Of a DNA stretch of 64,000 bases, positions 1-10,334 are shown piece by piece. The position numbers and the translations under genes were made by a program. Source of the stretch: Candidatus Helarchaeota archaeon (lineage in GTDB: Archaea > Asgardarchaeota > Lokiarchaeia > Helarchaeales > RDOG01); contig JAHPZH010000001.1 of assembly GCA_019058315.1 (NCBI GenBank), positions 375,536-439,535 on the forward strand, written 5' to 3'. Under the pieces are notes generated by a model. The model did no database searches. It was not told where the DNA came from and worked only from the letters and a program-made list of their open reading frames with translations. Position 1 is the stretch's first letter, and each line of letters opens with the position of its first letter.

Positions 1-3000
1 GTTTTGCCGTTTATTTTTTTAGAAGAAAGTTGATTTTCGATTTTTTTTAACCTATTTTCTATTACTCTGTTATTTTTATTAGCAGAATTACTAATAATAG
101 CAATTGTCAGTATGAATGTTATTGCTATTCCTGAGATTATACCTAATCCGATAGGAGATAATAATAAATCTAGAATATTAGCCGTACTTTGTGGAGGAAT
201 GAAAATAATACTATCATCTTCTGCACTTGGATTATTTGGATCTGTGCCATATAGAAATATTTCATCATAATCACTAACTCCATCTCCATCCGTATCATTG
301 TTAAATGGATTGGTATTATGGACAAAAATTTCATCGTAATCGTTTAAGCCATCGCTGTCTGTATCATTATTTGTTCCATTAGTTTGATATATAACTACTT
401 CATCAAAATCGTTTAACCCGTCGCTATCTGTATCAAAATTCGTTGCATTGGTTGGATAAACAATATTTTCATCATAATCGTTTAATCCGTCACTGTCGGT
501 ATCAGGATTAGTTGCATTAGTTGGATAAATAATAATTTCATCGTAATCATTTAATCCATCACTATCTGTATCCAGATTGGTAGGATTAGTTAGATGAATA
601 ATAGTTTCATTGTAATCATTCAATCCATCACCATCTGTATCATTATTGATTGAATTGGTATGATAGACAAAAATTTCATCGTAATCATTCAATCCATCGC
701 CATCCGTATCATTATTATTAGGATCTGTTGGATATACTATTATCTCCTCATAATCATCTAATCCATCACCATCAGAATCATAATTTGTCGCATTTGTTGG
801 AAAAATATAGACTTCACTATAGTCATTTAGCCCATCATAGTCTGTATCAGGATTAGAACCATTAGTACCATAAATTTTTACTTCCTTGAAATCATCTATT
901 TCGTCATCATCTGTATCAGGGTCAGAACCATTTGTATAATAAATCATAACCTCTTCATAATCATTTAAACCATCTCCTTCCGTGTCCGAGATTGTCGCAT
1001 TTGTTTGATACACCATAATTTCATCGTAATCATTTAATCCCTCACCATCAGTGTCATTATTCGTTGCGTTTGTTTGATAGACTATAATTTCATCATAATC
1101 ATTTAATCCCTCACCATCAGTGTCATTATTCGTTGCATTTGTTTGATAAACTATAATTTCATCGTAATCACTCAATCCTTCGCCATCAGTATCATTATTT
1201 GATGGATTTGTATTATATTTCCAAACCTCATGAATAAAAGTCAAACCATCTGAATCTAAATCATCATTACCACATTGTCTAAACTTAATGCATCGCAAAC
1301 CTTGAGTAAGATCTGCAACATATGCTATATCTCCCGAAATTGCCACTCCACTTGCGTACCCTGGGGTGTTAATAATACCTATTTCAGAGGGGCTTGTTGG
1401 ATTGCTAATATTAATACACCATAGCCCTTCGGTATAATCGGCAACACATGCCACGTCTCCTGAGACTGACACATCATATGCTAATCCTGTCGTGTTGTAA
1501 GAGCCTATTTTAGAGGGGTTGGTCGGGTCGCTTATATCAATACACTGTAAGCCTTGAGTTGAATCTGCAACATATGCCACGTCTCCCGAGACTGCTACAC
1601 TAGATGCTAATCCTGGAGTGTTATAATAGCCAATTTCAAACGGATTTCTAGGATTACTAATATCAATGCACCGCAAACCTTGAGACCAAGCAGCGACGAA
1701 AACCAAGTCTCCAAAAACTGCCACACCTGAAGCACTACCTATTATGTCATAAGAGCCTATTTCAGAGGGATTTGCAGGGTTACTTATATCAATGGCCCGC
1801 AAGTAACCATAATCAGCAACATATACAATATCTCCTGAAACAGTTACTCCACGTGCAGATCCCGATGTGTTATAGGAACCAATTTCAGAAGGATTTCTAG
1901 GATCGCTAATATCTATGCACCTCAAGCCTTGATCATAATCAGCAATATACGCCACGTCTCCCGAAACTGCCACATCCCATGCTTGTCCTGGAGTTTTGTT
2001 ATAACCTATTTCAGAAGGATTAATTGGGTCGCTTATATCAATGCATTGCAAACCTTGAGAACCATCTGCAATATATGCCACATCTCCCGAAACTGCTACT
2101 TTATATGCAAATCCTGGAGTAATACAAGAGCCTATTTCTGAGGGGTTGGTGTGGTCACTTATATCTATGCATCGCAAACCATGATCATAATTGGCAACAT
2201 AAGCCACGTCTCCTGATACTGCTACTCCCATTGTCAATCCTGGTGTAATATAAAATCCGATTTCCGAGGGTTTGGTCGGGTCGCTTATATCAATACACCA
2301 CAATCCTTCCTCATCATTGGCAATATATGCGATATCACCCGAAACGACTACTCCACGTGCTAAACCTGGGAAATTAATGTAACCTATTTCAGGGGGATAA
2401 GAAGGATCACTTATATTAATGCATCGCAAACCTTGAGAACCAGCAGCAATATATACAACATCACCCTCAACTGAGACTCCATGTGCATATTCTGTGGTCA
2501 CACAAGAGCCTATCTCAAAGGGGTTGGTCGGATCGCTAATATTGATACTCCGCATGCCTTGATCATAAGCTGCAACATACGCAACATCGCCCGAGATGGT
2601 TACAGCATATGCAGGTCCTTTCGCACTACAATTGCCTATTTCAGAGGGGTTAGTAGGATCGCTTATATTAATACACCGCAACCCTCCGTTATCATCAGCT
2701 ATATATGCTACGTCCCCTGAAATTGCCACTGCCCGTGCAAATCCCGAAGTGTTATAGTTCCCTATTTTTGAGGGACTAGTTGGGTCACTAATATTAAAAC
2801 ACGCCAATCCTTGGTTACCATCAGCAATATATGCCATGTCACCTGAGATAGCCACTCCCCATGAGAATCCATTAGTAGAGCAAGTGCTAATTAAAGAAAG
2901 GTTTGTCGGGTCGCTAATATTAATACAGCGTAAATAATACCAATCAACAATATATGCCACGTCTCCCGATACTGCAACTCCAGATACATATCCAAATCCT

Positions 3001-3206
3001 GGGTCTATATAACCGAGCTCCGCCTCTTCAATCTGAAGCTCCATAGGAATTGAAGGAATGAATTCCTCTTTATTTAACTCTTGATTAAACCAATCTGGTA
3101 TTATCATATCTGTTCGAATTAAAGAAGAAGTCGAAATTGTAAATAATATTGAAAATAAAGCTATTAATGCTAAGATTTGAATTTTTTTTCTCTTTTTCAG
3201 GTTCAT
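1..3206 (-). CDS. Membrane-anchored surface protein: about 14 LVIVD-type repeats, 15 DxDxDG Ca-binding (thrombospondin type 3-like) repeats, C-terminal TM; 3' end runs off the window
   Basis: Not in the ORF track. ATG at 3206 (MNLKKRKKIQILALIALFSIL signal peptide) preceded by GGAAGGA. Hand-translated segments give 42-aa repeats VSGDVAYIADxxxGLxCIDISDPxNPSEIG, 23-aa repeats NDTDGDGLNDYDEIxVYxTNATN, then LLLSPIGLGIISGIAITFILTIAII and a basic tail, all in one frame down to position 1. Confidence 0.9.
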   Translation of the reverse strand, partial: MNLKKRKKIQILALIALFSILFTISTSSLIRTDMIIPDWFNQELNKEEFIPSIPMELQIEEAELGYIDPGFGYVSGVAVSGDVAYIVDWYYLRCINISDPTNLSLISTCSTNGFSWGVAISGDMAYIADGNQGLACFNISDPTSPSKIGNYNTSGFARAVAISGDVAYIADDNGGLRCINISDPTNPSEIGNCSAKGPAYAVTISGDVAYVAAYDQGMRSINISDPTNPFEIGSCVTTEYAHGVSVEGDVVYIAAGSQGLRCINISDPSYPPEIGYINFPGLARGVVVSGDIAYIANDEEGLWCIDISDPTKPSEIGFYITPGLTMGVAVSGDVAYVANYDHGLRCIDISDHTNPSEIGSCITPGFAYKVAVSGDVAYIADGSQGLQCIDISDPINPSEIGYNKTPGQAWDVAVSGDVAYIADYDQGLRCIDISDPRNPSEIGSYNTSGSARGVTVSGDIVYVADYGYLRAIDISNPANPSEIGSYDIIGSASGVAVFGDLVFVAAWSQGLRCIDISNPRNPFEIGYYNTPGLASSVAVSGDVAYVADSTQGLQCIDISDPTNPSKIGSYNTTGLAYDVSVSGDVACVADYTEGLWCINISNPTSPSEIGIINTPGYASGVAISGDIAYVADLTQGLRCIKFRQCGNDDLDSDGLTFIHEVWKYNTNPSNNDTDGEGLSDYDEIIVYQTNATNNDTDGEGLNDYDEIIVYQTNATNNDTDGEGLNDYDEIMVYQTNATISDTEGDGLNDYEEVMIYYTNGSDPDTDDDEIDDFKEVKIYGTNGSNPDTDYDGLNDYSEVYIFPTNATNYDSDGDGLDDYEEIIVYPTDPNNNDTDGDGLNDYDEIFVYHTNSINNDTDGDGLNDYNETIIHLTNPTNLDTDSDGLNDYDEIIIYPTNATNPDTDSDGLNDYDENIVYPTNATNFDTDSDGLNDFDEVVIYQTNGTNNDTDSDGLNDYDEIFVHNTNPFNNDTDGDGVSDYDEIFLYGTDPNNPSAEDDSIIFIPPQSTANILDLLLSPIGLGIISGIAITFILTIAIISNSANKNNRVIENRLKKIENQLSSKKINGK
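240..1265 (-). repeat. Coding tandem repeat, 69-bp unit x 15 (DxDxDG repeats)
   Basis: Near-identical adjacent 69-bp units at about 1020-1200; 15 units counted by translation. Confidence 0.85.
1280..3010 (-). repeat. Coding tandem repeat, about 126-bp unit x about 14 (LVIVD-type)
   Basis: Recurring gtcgcttatatcaat / cctatttcaga motifs about every 126 bp. Confidence 0.8.
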
Positions 3207-3294
3207 GTTTCATCCTTCCTTTAAAATCATTTGATAAATTGAAGATTTAAAGTAAATTAAATGCAATTAAAGATGAAATTAAAAAATAAAAAAA

Positions 3295-4689
3295 TTAAAC
3301 TCCACTCCAACCTTTCTTTAAAGGTTCGGGTAGACTTTCATGCCATTCTTTTTCCTTGTCTTTTGATGATTTCGAATCTGTTGCAGCTTCTACAGCCTTT
3401 TGTAGACCTTTCTTCATTTTATCTTTCCAACTAAGTTTAACTTTAGCTTTTTTTGGATAGACTTCAGGATTATTTTTTTCTAATATAATTCTAACATTTT
3501 CATAACCTGAGCCTTCGACTTGATGTTTTTTTCCGTGTACAAGTTTTAGGGATTTCATATTACTGAACCATTTTGGCCAATTTACTCTAGAAGTACCAGT
3601 TATATCCGAATCTGTAATATCTAACTCCTCAAGAGATTCCAGATTTTGAAATTGGTCAGGGAATTTACCTAATCCCTTGGTCTCTGCTAAATTTAATTTT
3701 TTAAGATTTTTTAAGTTACCAATTCCATTTGCAAAAGTATTAAAATCTAACATATTCTCTGAAAGATTCAATTCTTCCAATGAAGTAATTTTAAGGACAT
3801 GTTCCAGAAAAGTTGCTGGTGATTTTTTATCTGAAGCTTCAATTTTTAACCTTTTAAGATTAGGAATTGTAGTCAAAGTTACACATTTTTCAGATTCTAC
3901 CGATGTTCGTAAGAGATACAATGTTTCTAGTGATGAAAGACCTTCAAGACTATTAAAATCAAGAATTTTTCCACCGATTCGATAATTATAGGATTTGGAA
4001 AGAAAGAGTGATTTTAAATTCTTTAATTTTGCTAAAGGTTCAAACTTTTTATCGTTTTTATCAATATTTGCAGGATAGATATGTATTTCAACGACAGACC
4101 CATTTTCATGTTTAAACCAATATCCATAATTGTTTTTCTTGCCATATGGAAAAATACTTTGCTCAATATTGTCTTCTAACTCTCTTAATGCCGTGATATC
4201 TTCTTCTTTTAATTCTACATCCCATTGTTTGGTTGATCCCCATTCTGCACGTTTTTTTTCCAATACACCTCTCCATCTTTTATATTCTGCATTATATTGT
4301 GCCTTAATATCTGCAGACGACATAGGGCATGCTATAGGTATTTTGTAAAGCAGAAAAACACCAGCAAATGGAGCACCAAGAGAGCATTGTGAAATGACTC
4401 CTTTTTTTAAATCATATTGATCATAAATTTCATATTCACCACTTGTATTTTCAACAGATCCAACTTGTTCACGATTAGAATCCAATATCTCACATTCACC
4501 CTCTCCTGAATTTTGAATAAAACCAATTGTTACACTATTATGATCCATAATTTCATATTCTCCGCCTCCATTATCGTGGATATAACCTACAGTACGATAT
4601 TCAGAATCTGATACTAAATAATCTCCAGCTGAATCATCTATATACCCAATTGTATCTCCTTCATAATCTCTTATTTCATATTCCGTCAA
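3295..4689 (-). CDS. Five beta-hairpin repeats (beta-flower-like) fused to a leucine-rich repeat domain
   Basis: Five approximately 20-aa repeats YEIxDxxxxxIGxI followed by APFAGVFLLY; LRR consensus LxxLxxLxLxxN (LKNLKSLFLS, LEELNLSEN, LKKLNLAET); TTG start after AGAGGTG. Confidence 0.75.
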   Translation of the reverse strand: MTEYEIRDYEGDTIGYIDDSAGDYLVSDSEYRTVGYIHDNGGGEYEIMDHNSVTIGFIQNSGEGECEILDSNREQVGSVENTSGEYEIYDQYDLKKGVISQCSLGAPFAGVFLLYKIPIACPMSSADIKAQYNAEYKRWRGVLEKKRAEWGSTKQWDVELKEEDITALRELEDNIEQSIFPYGKKNNYGYWFKHENGSVVEIHIYPANIDKNDKKFEPLAKLKNLKSLFLSKSYNYRIGGKILDFNSLEGLSSLETLYLLRTSVESEKCVTLTTIPNLKRLKIEASDKKSPATFLEHVLKITSLEELNLSENMLDFNTFANGIGNLKNLKKLNLAETKGLGKFPDQFQNLESLEELDITDSDITGTSRVNWPKWFSNMKSLKLVHGKKHQVEGSGYENVRIILEKNNPEVYPKKAKVKLSWKDKMKKGLQKAVEAATDSKSSKDKEKEWHESLPEPLKKGWSGV

Positions 4690-4872
4690 ATTTTACACCT
4701 CTTTTTATTTAAATTTTCTTTGAAGTTTTTTCTCCTATTTAATCATCGTTTCTGTCTTTAATGATTAAAGTAGATAATTTCGAACTATTTTCGCTCATTT
4801 TTAAGAATATTTTAAATATTTAAAAAAAATAAAAAAATTTAGAGTTTTTTTGAACCATTTTTTAGAAGTTCA

Positions 4873-7800
4873 CTATTTTTCACTTTCTGATGTGGATGGA
4901 TAGAATATTTTCTTCCCATTTTTCGATTTCTTACTTACTACAATTCCAATTATAATGACTACCACCGCAATACCTCCAATAACTCCGAAGAATATTGGTG
5001 AAGTAAAAAATGATCCTCCGCCACCTGCCATTGAAGCTGCACCAAGTAACAACCCCGGATCTAATCCTTGAGAAGGTTGCTCTTCTGTAATAGTTATAAT
5101 AACTGTATCAACTATTCCAAGTAACCCGTAGCTGTTATTATATTCAATAGTATAATTGAAAACTCCAGTAACTGATCGATTTAAAGAAATCATCAAATTT
5201 GTGTTGTTTATCCAATCAGTCCAGTCAATCCAAACATAGTAATTGTCATTAGAATCATTCACCAAAATTCTATATTTTCCTGGTCCTACTGAATCCCAAA
5301 GTATCCAATCAATCGTTTCTGATCCAGATAATTCTGAATTAAAATTCGCAGGTTGGTTTGATGTTGGAGGTTGAGGTAAAGTAATAGTAACAATTACTTC
5401 ATCTGTAATTCCATAAATTCCGTAAGAGTTATTGAAAATTATTAGATATCTAAATACTCCAGTAGCCGTTCTATTGATTGGTATTAGTAAATTTGTATTA
5501 TTTATCCAATCGGTCCACCCTTGCCAAATATACATCACATCATTTGTATCATTCGCTATAACGATGAATTTTGCTGGTCCTACTGCATCCCAAAGGATCC
5601 AATCTATTGTCTCAGTTCCTAAAGTGGTTGTTTGTATATCCAGAGGACTATTTGAAGTAGGTGGCAACACAACTGTTACTATAACCATATCAGGAGTTCC
5701 AAGAATACTTGCACTATTATTAAATTCAATCGTGTAATTGAAAATCCCTGTGGCAGTTCTGTTGATAGTTATCATTAAATTGGAATCATTTGTCCAATCG
5801 GTCCAATCTTGCCAAATATAATAATTATTATTTGTATCATTTGCCCAAACTCTATACTTTCCTGACCCTACTGCATCCCAAAGAAACCAATCGATTGTCT
5901 CTAATCCAATCGTTGACGTTAGAATATTTGAAGGACTGTTTGAAGTTGGAGTTGTAACCACATTAACTATTACTGTATCTGGATTTCCAAAGAAATTTCC
6001 ACTGTTATTATATTCAATAGTATAGTTGAAAATTCCTGTAGCAGTTCTATTGATAGCTGCCATTAAATTGGTATTATTCGTCCAATCAGTCCAATCAAGC
6101 CAAACATAATAATTGCCGTTTGTATCATTTGCCCATATTCTGTATTTTCCTGATCCCATTGAATCTAAAAGTATCCAGTCTATAGTTTCAGACCCAGTTG
6201 TTAAGGTCACAATATCGCCAGGACTGTTTGAAGTAGGTAATTCCATTATTGTTACAATAACGGTATTAGGAGTTCCAAATATTCCTCCAGTATTATTAAA
6301 TTCAATTGTATAGTTGTAAATTCCAATGTCTGTTCTATTAATGTCTATCATTAGATTTGTATTATTAGTCCAATCAGTCCAATCAAGCCAAACATAATAA
6401 TTATCATTTGTATCATTTGCCCATACTCTGTATTTTCCCGAACCTACCGAGTCCCAAAGAGTCCAATCAATAGTTTCTGAACCAAGAGTAGATGTTATAA
6501 TGTTCGATGGACTATTTGAATTCGGAGGAGTAACTACTATTACAATAACTGTATCAGGATTTCCAAAGAAATCTCCACTGTTATTATATTCAATAGTATA
6601 GTTGAAAATTCCTGTAGCAGTTCTATTGATGGCTGCCATTAAGTTTGAATTATTCGTCCAATCAGTCCAATCAATCCATACATAGTAATTGTCATTTGTA
6701 TCATTTACCCAAACTCTATATTTTCCTGGTCCCATTGAATCCAAAAGTGTCCAGTCTATAGTTTCAGACCCAGAAGTTAAGGTCACAATATCGTTAGGAC
6801 TATTTGAAGTCGGTAATTCCATAACTGCTACTATGACCATATCGGGAGCTCCATATAATCCACCTGAATTGTTATATTCAATAGTATAATTGAAAATCCC
6901 TACAACAGTTCTATTAATAGTAACCGCTAAATTAGAATTATTGGTCCAATCAGTCCAATCTTGCCGAATATAGTAGTTATCATTCGTATCATTAGCCCAA
7001 ACTCGATACTTTCCAGATCCTACTTTATCCCAAAGCATCCAATCAATAGTTTCTGAGCCTAGAGTCGAAGTTATAATATCATCAGGCTGATTTGAAGAAG
7101 GATAATCCACTACAGTTACTATAACTGTATCAGGTGAACCAATGAACCCTTTACTATTATTATATTCAATAGTGTAGTTAAAAACTCCTATAGTAGTTCT
7201 ATTAATAGTAACTGTTAAATTAGTATTATTGGTCCAATCAGTCCAACCCTGCCAGATATAGTAGTTATCATTAGAATCATTGGCCCAAACTCTATACTTT
7301 CCCGACCCTATTGTATCCCAAAGAGTCCAATTGATCAATTCTGTTCCTAAAGTAGTAGTTAATATATCATCTGGATAATTCGATCTTGGAGGCTGTCCAT
7401 AAAGTCCCGTGTGATTGCAATCATGTTGAAACATTGGCCAAGGAAACCTTTCAGTTTCAAAGTCGCCAGTATATTTTAAGACGTAAATAGAATCATCGAG
7501 AGAACCCACAACAATTTCAACTAAGTCATTATCAATTATATTACCAATAGCTGGTGATGAAGGTACATCTCCCCCAGTTTGCACAGGAAACTCATTTACA
7601 ATTGTTCCATCATGATTTAATGCCCAAATGTAATCATTTGATGAACCAATTACTACTTCCAACTGTCCTTCTCCATCAATATCTCCAAGAGCAGGAGAAC
7701 CCTCAATTAAACCACCTATATATATAGGCCATCCAGTTACATTAGTTCCATCATGATTTAATGCCCATATATTTCCAATATTATCACCAATTACAATTTC

Positions 7801-9975
7801 TAAATTTCCATCACTGTCTAAATCACCAAGCGCAGGGGAAGAGTAAATAACAGACCCTATATTTATAGGCCAACCCGTTACATTAGTCCCATCATGATTT
7901 AATGCCCAAATGTTTTGATCAGTTGAACCTGTTATTATTTCTAAGAATCCATCATTATCGATATCCGCAAGAGCTGAGGATGATCTAACCAAACCTGCTG
8001 TTTTTATAGGCCATCCAGTTACATTATTACCATTTGATTCAAGGGCCCAAATATAACCATCATAAGAATTAACAACGATTTCTAATTGCCCATCATTATC
8101 TATATCTCCAAGAGCAGGAGAAGATATAATATCACCTCCAGTTGTTATAGGCCATCCTGTAACATAGCTTCCATTACCTTCAAGGGCATATATATTATTA
8201 TCGGTTGAACCAACAACAATTTCTAACTGCCCATCATTATCAATATCTCCAAGAGCTGGAGATGATTGTACCCAATCTCCTGTGGTTACAGGCCATCCTG
8301 TGACAGTTGTTCCATCATGATTGAATGCATAGATATTATCTATTAAATTTCCAACGACTACTTCTACCATTCCATCACCGTCAATGTCGCCTACAGCTGG
8401 AGAAGAAAGGCTGATAGCTCCACCTGTATCTACCGGCCAACCTGTAATGTTATTTCCTTTAGCATCAAACGCCCAAATATGGTTATCCTGTGATCCAACT
8501 ACCACATCTGATAAACCATCATCATCAAGGTCTACTATAGTAGGGGATGATCTTACACCAGACCCTGTCTCTATAGTCATTTCTAGAATATCAAAAGAAT
8601 AAAGCCCTGTATTTTGACTATTTTGATGAAATTGAGGCCAAGGTAGACGACTTTCAACGTAAGATTTCGTGAGGTCAAACCCCCAGACATACGTGTCATC
8701 AGATCCCGCAAATAGTTCTAATAAGCCATCATCATCAACATCAGCTAATGCAGGAGTGGATCGGACTGAACCCCCAGTTTTAATAGGATATCCAGTTACA
8801 TTTTGTCCAGTATGATGAACAGCCCAAATATAATCTCCTGAACCAAATATTATTTCTTTGTTTATGTCCCCGTTAATTTCTCCAATTATTGGAGAACCAT
8901 AAATAAAATCGTATGTATACACAGGCCACCCTGACAGCATAGTACCATTATAATAATATGCATTAATCTGATTAACATTTTCAGCTGCAACAATTTCAAG
9001 ATATCCATCGTTATCAAGATCACCAAGAGCTGGTGCTGATTGAATAGTTGCAATTTGAGGCCATCCAGGTTCAGTAGTTCCATCATGTTTTAATACCCAA
9101 AGGCGTGCAGGATTACTTGACCCGATTACAATCTCTAAATTTCCATCATTATCAATGTCTCCAAGAGCTGGGGTAGATTGTATTGAAGTTGCTAAATTCA
9201 CAGGCCATCCAGTTACATTAGTTCCATCATGATTTAAAGCCCATACATATCCATCATTAGTGCCAAATATAATTTCTAACTGGTTATCACCATCAATATC
9301 ACCAATTGATGGTGTATGAACTGCCATATTTCCTGTTTTTATGGGCCATGATGTTACATTTGTTCCATCAAGATTAAGTGCCCATATATAACCATCGTCA
9401 TCTCCAATTATGATTTCCAATTCTCCATCACTGTCAATGTCTCCAAGAACAGGAGAAGATTGTGTATTTCCTATGTTTTTTACCGGAAAACCCCAAGAAT
9501 AATTAAACCAATATATTCTGCCAGTAGTCGTACAAGATATAATACTTAAATTTCCATTTCCTTCTATATCTCCAATCGCGGGGGCTGAATAAATTAAATC
9601 ACCTGGTAATCCAGCATATTTTGGAAAATCATTTGCCATGCTGTAAGTTAAATTATGACCAGTTGAATTCACTACCCAAATTCGGTTACCTGAACCAAAT
9701 ATTATTTCTAATTGATCATCACCATCAATATCTCCAAAAGTTGGAGAAGATCGTACCTGACCATTTGTTTTAAAGGGCCAGCCAGTCATATTAGTTTGCT
9801 TAGTATCAATTAGTTGATTTTCTGGTGGTATTTTTTGTATTGGTCCCTGAGTTGATAGGATATTTTGATTTGTTGAAAATTGTGGAATTATAAGACAAGA
9901 ATATAGTATTGGTAGAAATATCACTATAATTAAAAGACCTAAGCTAATCAACTTCTTTATATTCTTTGTTTTCAT
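4873..9975 (-). CDS. FG-GAP/VCBS repeat surface protein with eight 96-aa beta-rich stalk repeats and a C-terminal TM anchor
   Basis: Repeated SSPALGDIDNDGQLEIVVGS...GWP; two propeller-closing WP[QM]F[HQ]...NTGLY-type motifs; signal peptide; TM followed by KKSK. Confidence 0.9.
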   Translation of the reverse strand: MKTKNIKKLISLGLLIIVIFLPILYSCLIIPQFSTNQNILSTQGPIQKIPPENQLIDTKQTNMTGWPFKTNGQVRSSPTFGDIDGDDQLEIIFGSGNRIWVVNSTGHNLTYSMANDFPKYAGLPGDLIYSAPAIGDIEGNGNLSIISCTTTGRIYWFNYSWGFPVKNIGNTQSSPVLGDIDSDGELEIIIGDDDGYIWALNLDGTNVTSWPIKTGNMAVHTPSIGDIDGDNQLEIIFGTNDGYVWALNHDGTNVTGWPVNLATSIQSTPALGDIDNDGNLEIVIGSSNPARLWVLKHDGTTEPGWPQIATIQSAPALGDLDNDGYLEIVAAENVNQINAYYYNGTMLSGWPVYTYDFIYGSPIIGEINGDINKEIIFGSGDYIWAVHHTGQNVTGYPIKTGGSVRSTPALADVDDDGLLELFAGSDDTYVWGFDLTKSYVESRLPWPQFHQNSQNTGLYSFDILEMTIETGSGVRSSPTIVDLDDDGLSDVVVGSQDNHIWAFDAKGNNITGWPVDTGGAISLSSPAVGDIDGDGMVEVVVGNLIDNIYAFNHDGTTVTGWPVTTGDWVQSSPALGDIDNDGQLEIVVGSTDNNIYALEGNGSYVTGWPITTGGDIISSPALGDIDNDGQLEIVVNSYDGYIWALESNGNNVTGWPIKTAGLVRSSSALADIDNDGFLEIITGSTDQNIWALNHDGTNVTGWPINIGSVIYSSPALGDLDSDGNLEIVIGDNIGNIWALNHDGTNVTGWPIYIGGLIEGSPALGDIDGEGQLEVVIGSSNDYIWALNHDGTIVNEFPVQTGGDVPSSPAIGNIIDNDLVEIVVGSLDDSIYVLKYTGDFETERFPWPMFQHDCNHTGLYGQPPRSNYPDDILTTTLGTELINWTLWDTIGSGKYRVWANDSNDNYYIWQGWTDWTNNTNLTVTINRTTIGVFNYTIEYNNSKGFIGSPDTVIVTVVDYPSSNQPDDIITSTLGSETIDWMLWDKVGSGKYRVWANDTNDNYYIRQDWTDWTNNSNLAVTINRTVVGIFNYTIEYNNSGGLYGAPDMVIVAVMELPTSNSPNDIVTLTSGSETIDWTLLDSMGPGKYRVWVNDTNDNYYVWIDWTDWTNNSNLMAAINRTATGIFNYTIEYNNSGDFFGNPDTVIVIVVTPPNSNSPSNIITSTLGSETIDWTLWDSVGSGKYRVWANDTNDNYYVWLDWTDWTNNTNLMIDINRTDIGIYNYTIEFNNTGGIFGTPNTVIVTIMELPTSNSPGDIVTLTTGSETIDWILLDSMGSGKYRIWANDTNGNYYVWLDWTDWTNNTNLMAAINRTATGIFNYTIEYNNSGNFFGNPDTVIVNVVTTPTSNSPSNILTSTIGLETIDWFLWDAVGSGKYRVWANDTNNNYYIWQDWTDWTNDSNLMITINRTATGIFNYTIEFNNSASILGTPDMVIVTVVLPPTSNSPLDIQTTTLGTETIDWILWDAVGPAKFIVIANDTNDVMYIWQGWTDWINNTNLLIPINRTATGVFRYLIIFNNSYGIYGITDEVIVTITLPQPPTSNQPANFNSELSGSETIDWILWDSVGPGKYRILVNDSNDNYYVWIDWTDWINNTNLMISLNRSVTGVFNYTIEYNNSYGLLGIVDTVIITITEEQPSQGLDPGLLLGAASMAGGGGSFFTSPIFFGVIGGIAVVVIIIGIVVSKKSKNGKKIFYPSTSESEK
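5085..7395 (-). repeat. Coding tandem repeat, about 288-bp unit x 8
   Basis: PxSNSPxxIxTxxxGxETIDWxLWDxxGxGKYRVWANDTNDNYYxWxDWTDWTNN repeated 8 times; sequence at 6001 matches 6577 (offset 576 bp). Confidence 0.9.
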
Positions 9976-10234
9976 GTTGAACTTTTCCTTTTTTTTTTGA
10001 TAATATTATTGCCCTAATATATCAAAAGGAAGGAGTAATTCAAAGAATATACTTTAAAACAGAAAATTTTGATAAAAAAATTCAAAAATTGTTTTAAAAA
10101 GTAATAAAATCTCATAAAATTTTTTGTTTTACCATTTTCTGTTTCATTTTTTTCCAAAATTGAAATTGACATTCTTTAAATTCGATCCCTTATTTTTATT
10201 AGGACAATATGTATAAATGATTAGTGTACTTATA

Positions 10235-10291
10235 TAAACATTATCACATAATCTATAAATACATTAACAACTATATATGTGATAATGTTTA
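10235..10291. promoter_or_regulatory. Perfect 16-bp inverted repeat with 25-bp spacer, candidate operator, adjacent to the BRE/TATA of the RHH gene
   Basis: taaacattatcacata (10235-10250) and tatgtgataatgttta (10276-10291); A-run plus tttata at about 10292-10308; ATG at 10335. Confidence 0.65.
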
Positions 10292-10334
10292 GAAAAAAAA
10301 ACGTTTATAGATTAATTAAAAATCGAAGATTAAC

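Noticed and set aside
1929-2720. Plus-strand ORFs 1929..2141 and 2481..2720 with periodic sequence
   Set aside because: Antisense shadows of the LVIVD repeats
240-7395. Regularly spaced repeats considered as a CRISPR array or DGR template/variable pair
   Set aside because: Unit lengths are multiples of 3 inside open frames, there are no unique spacers, and there is no cas gene or reverse transcriptase in the window
5432-9086. Short ORFs inside the FG-GAP gene, including the similar pair 6113 and 6689
   Set aside because: Shadows of the coding repeats
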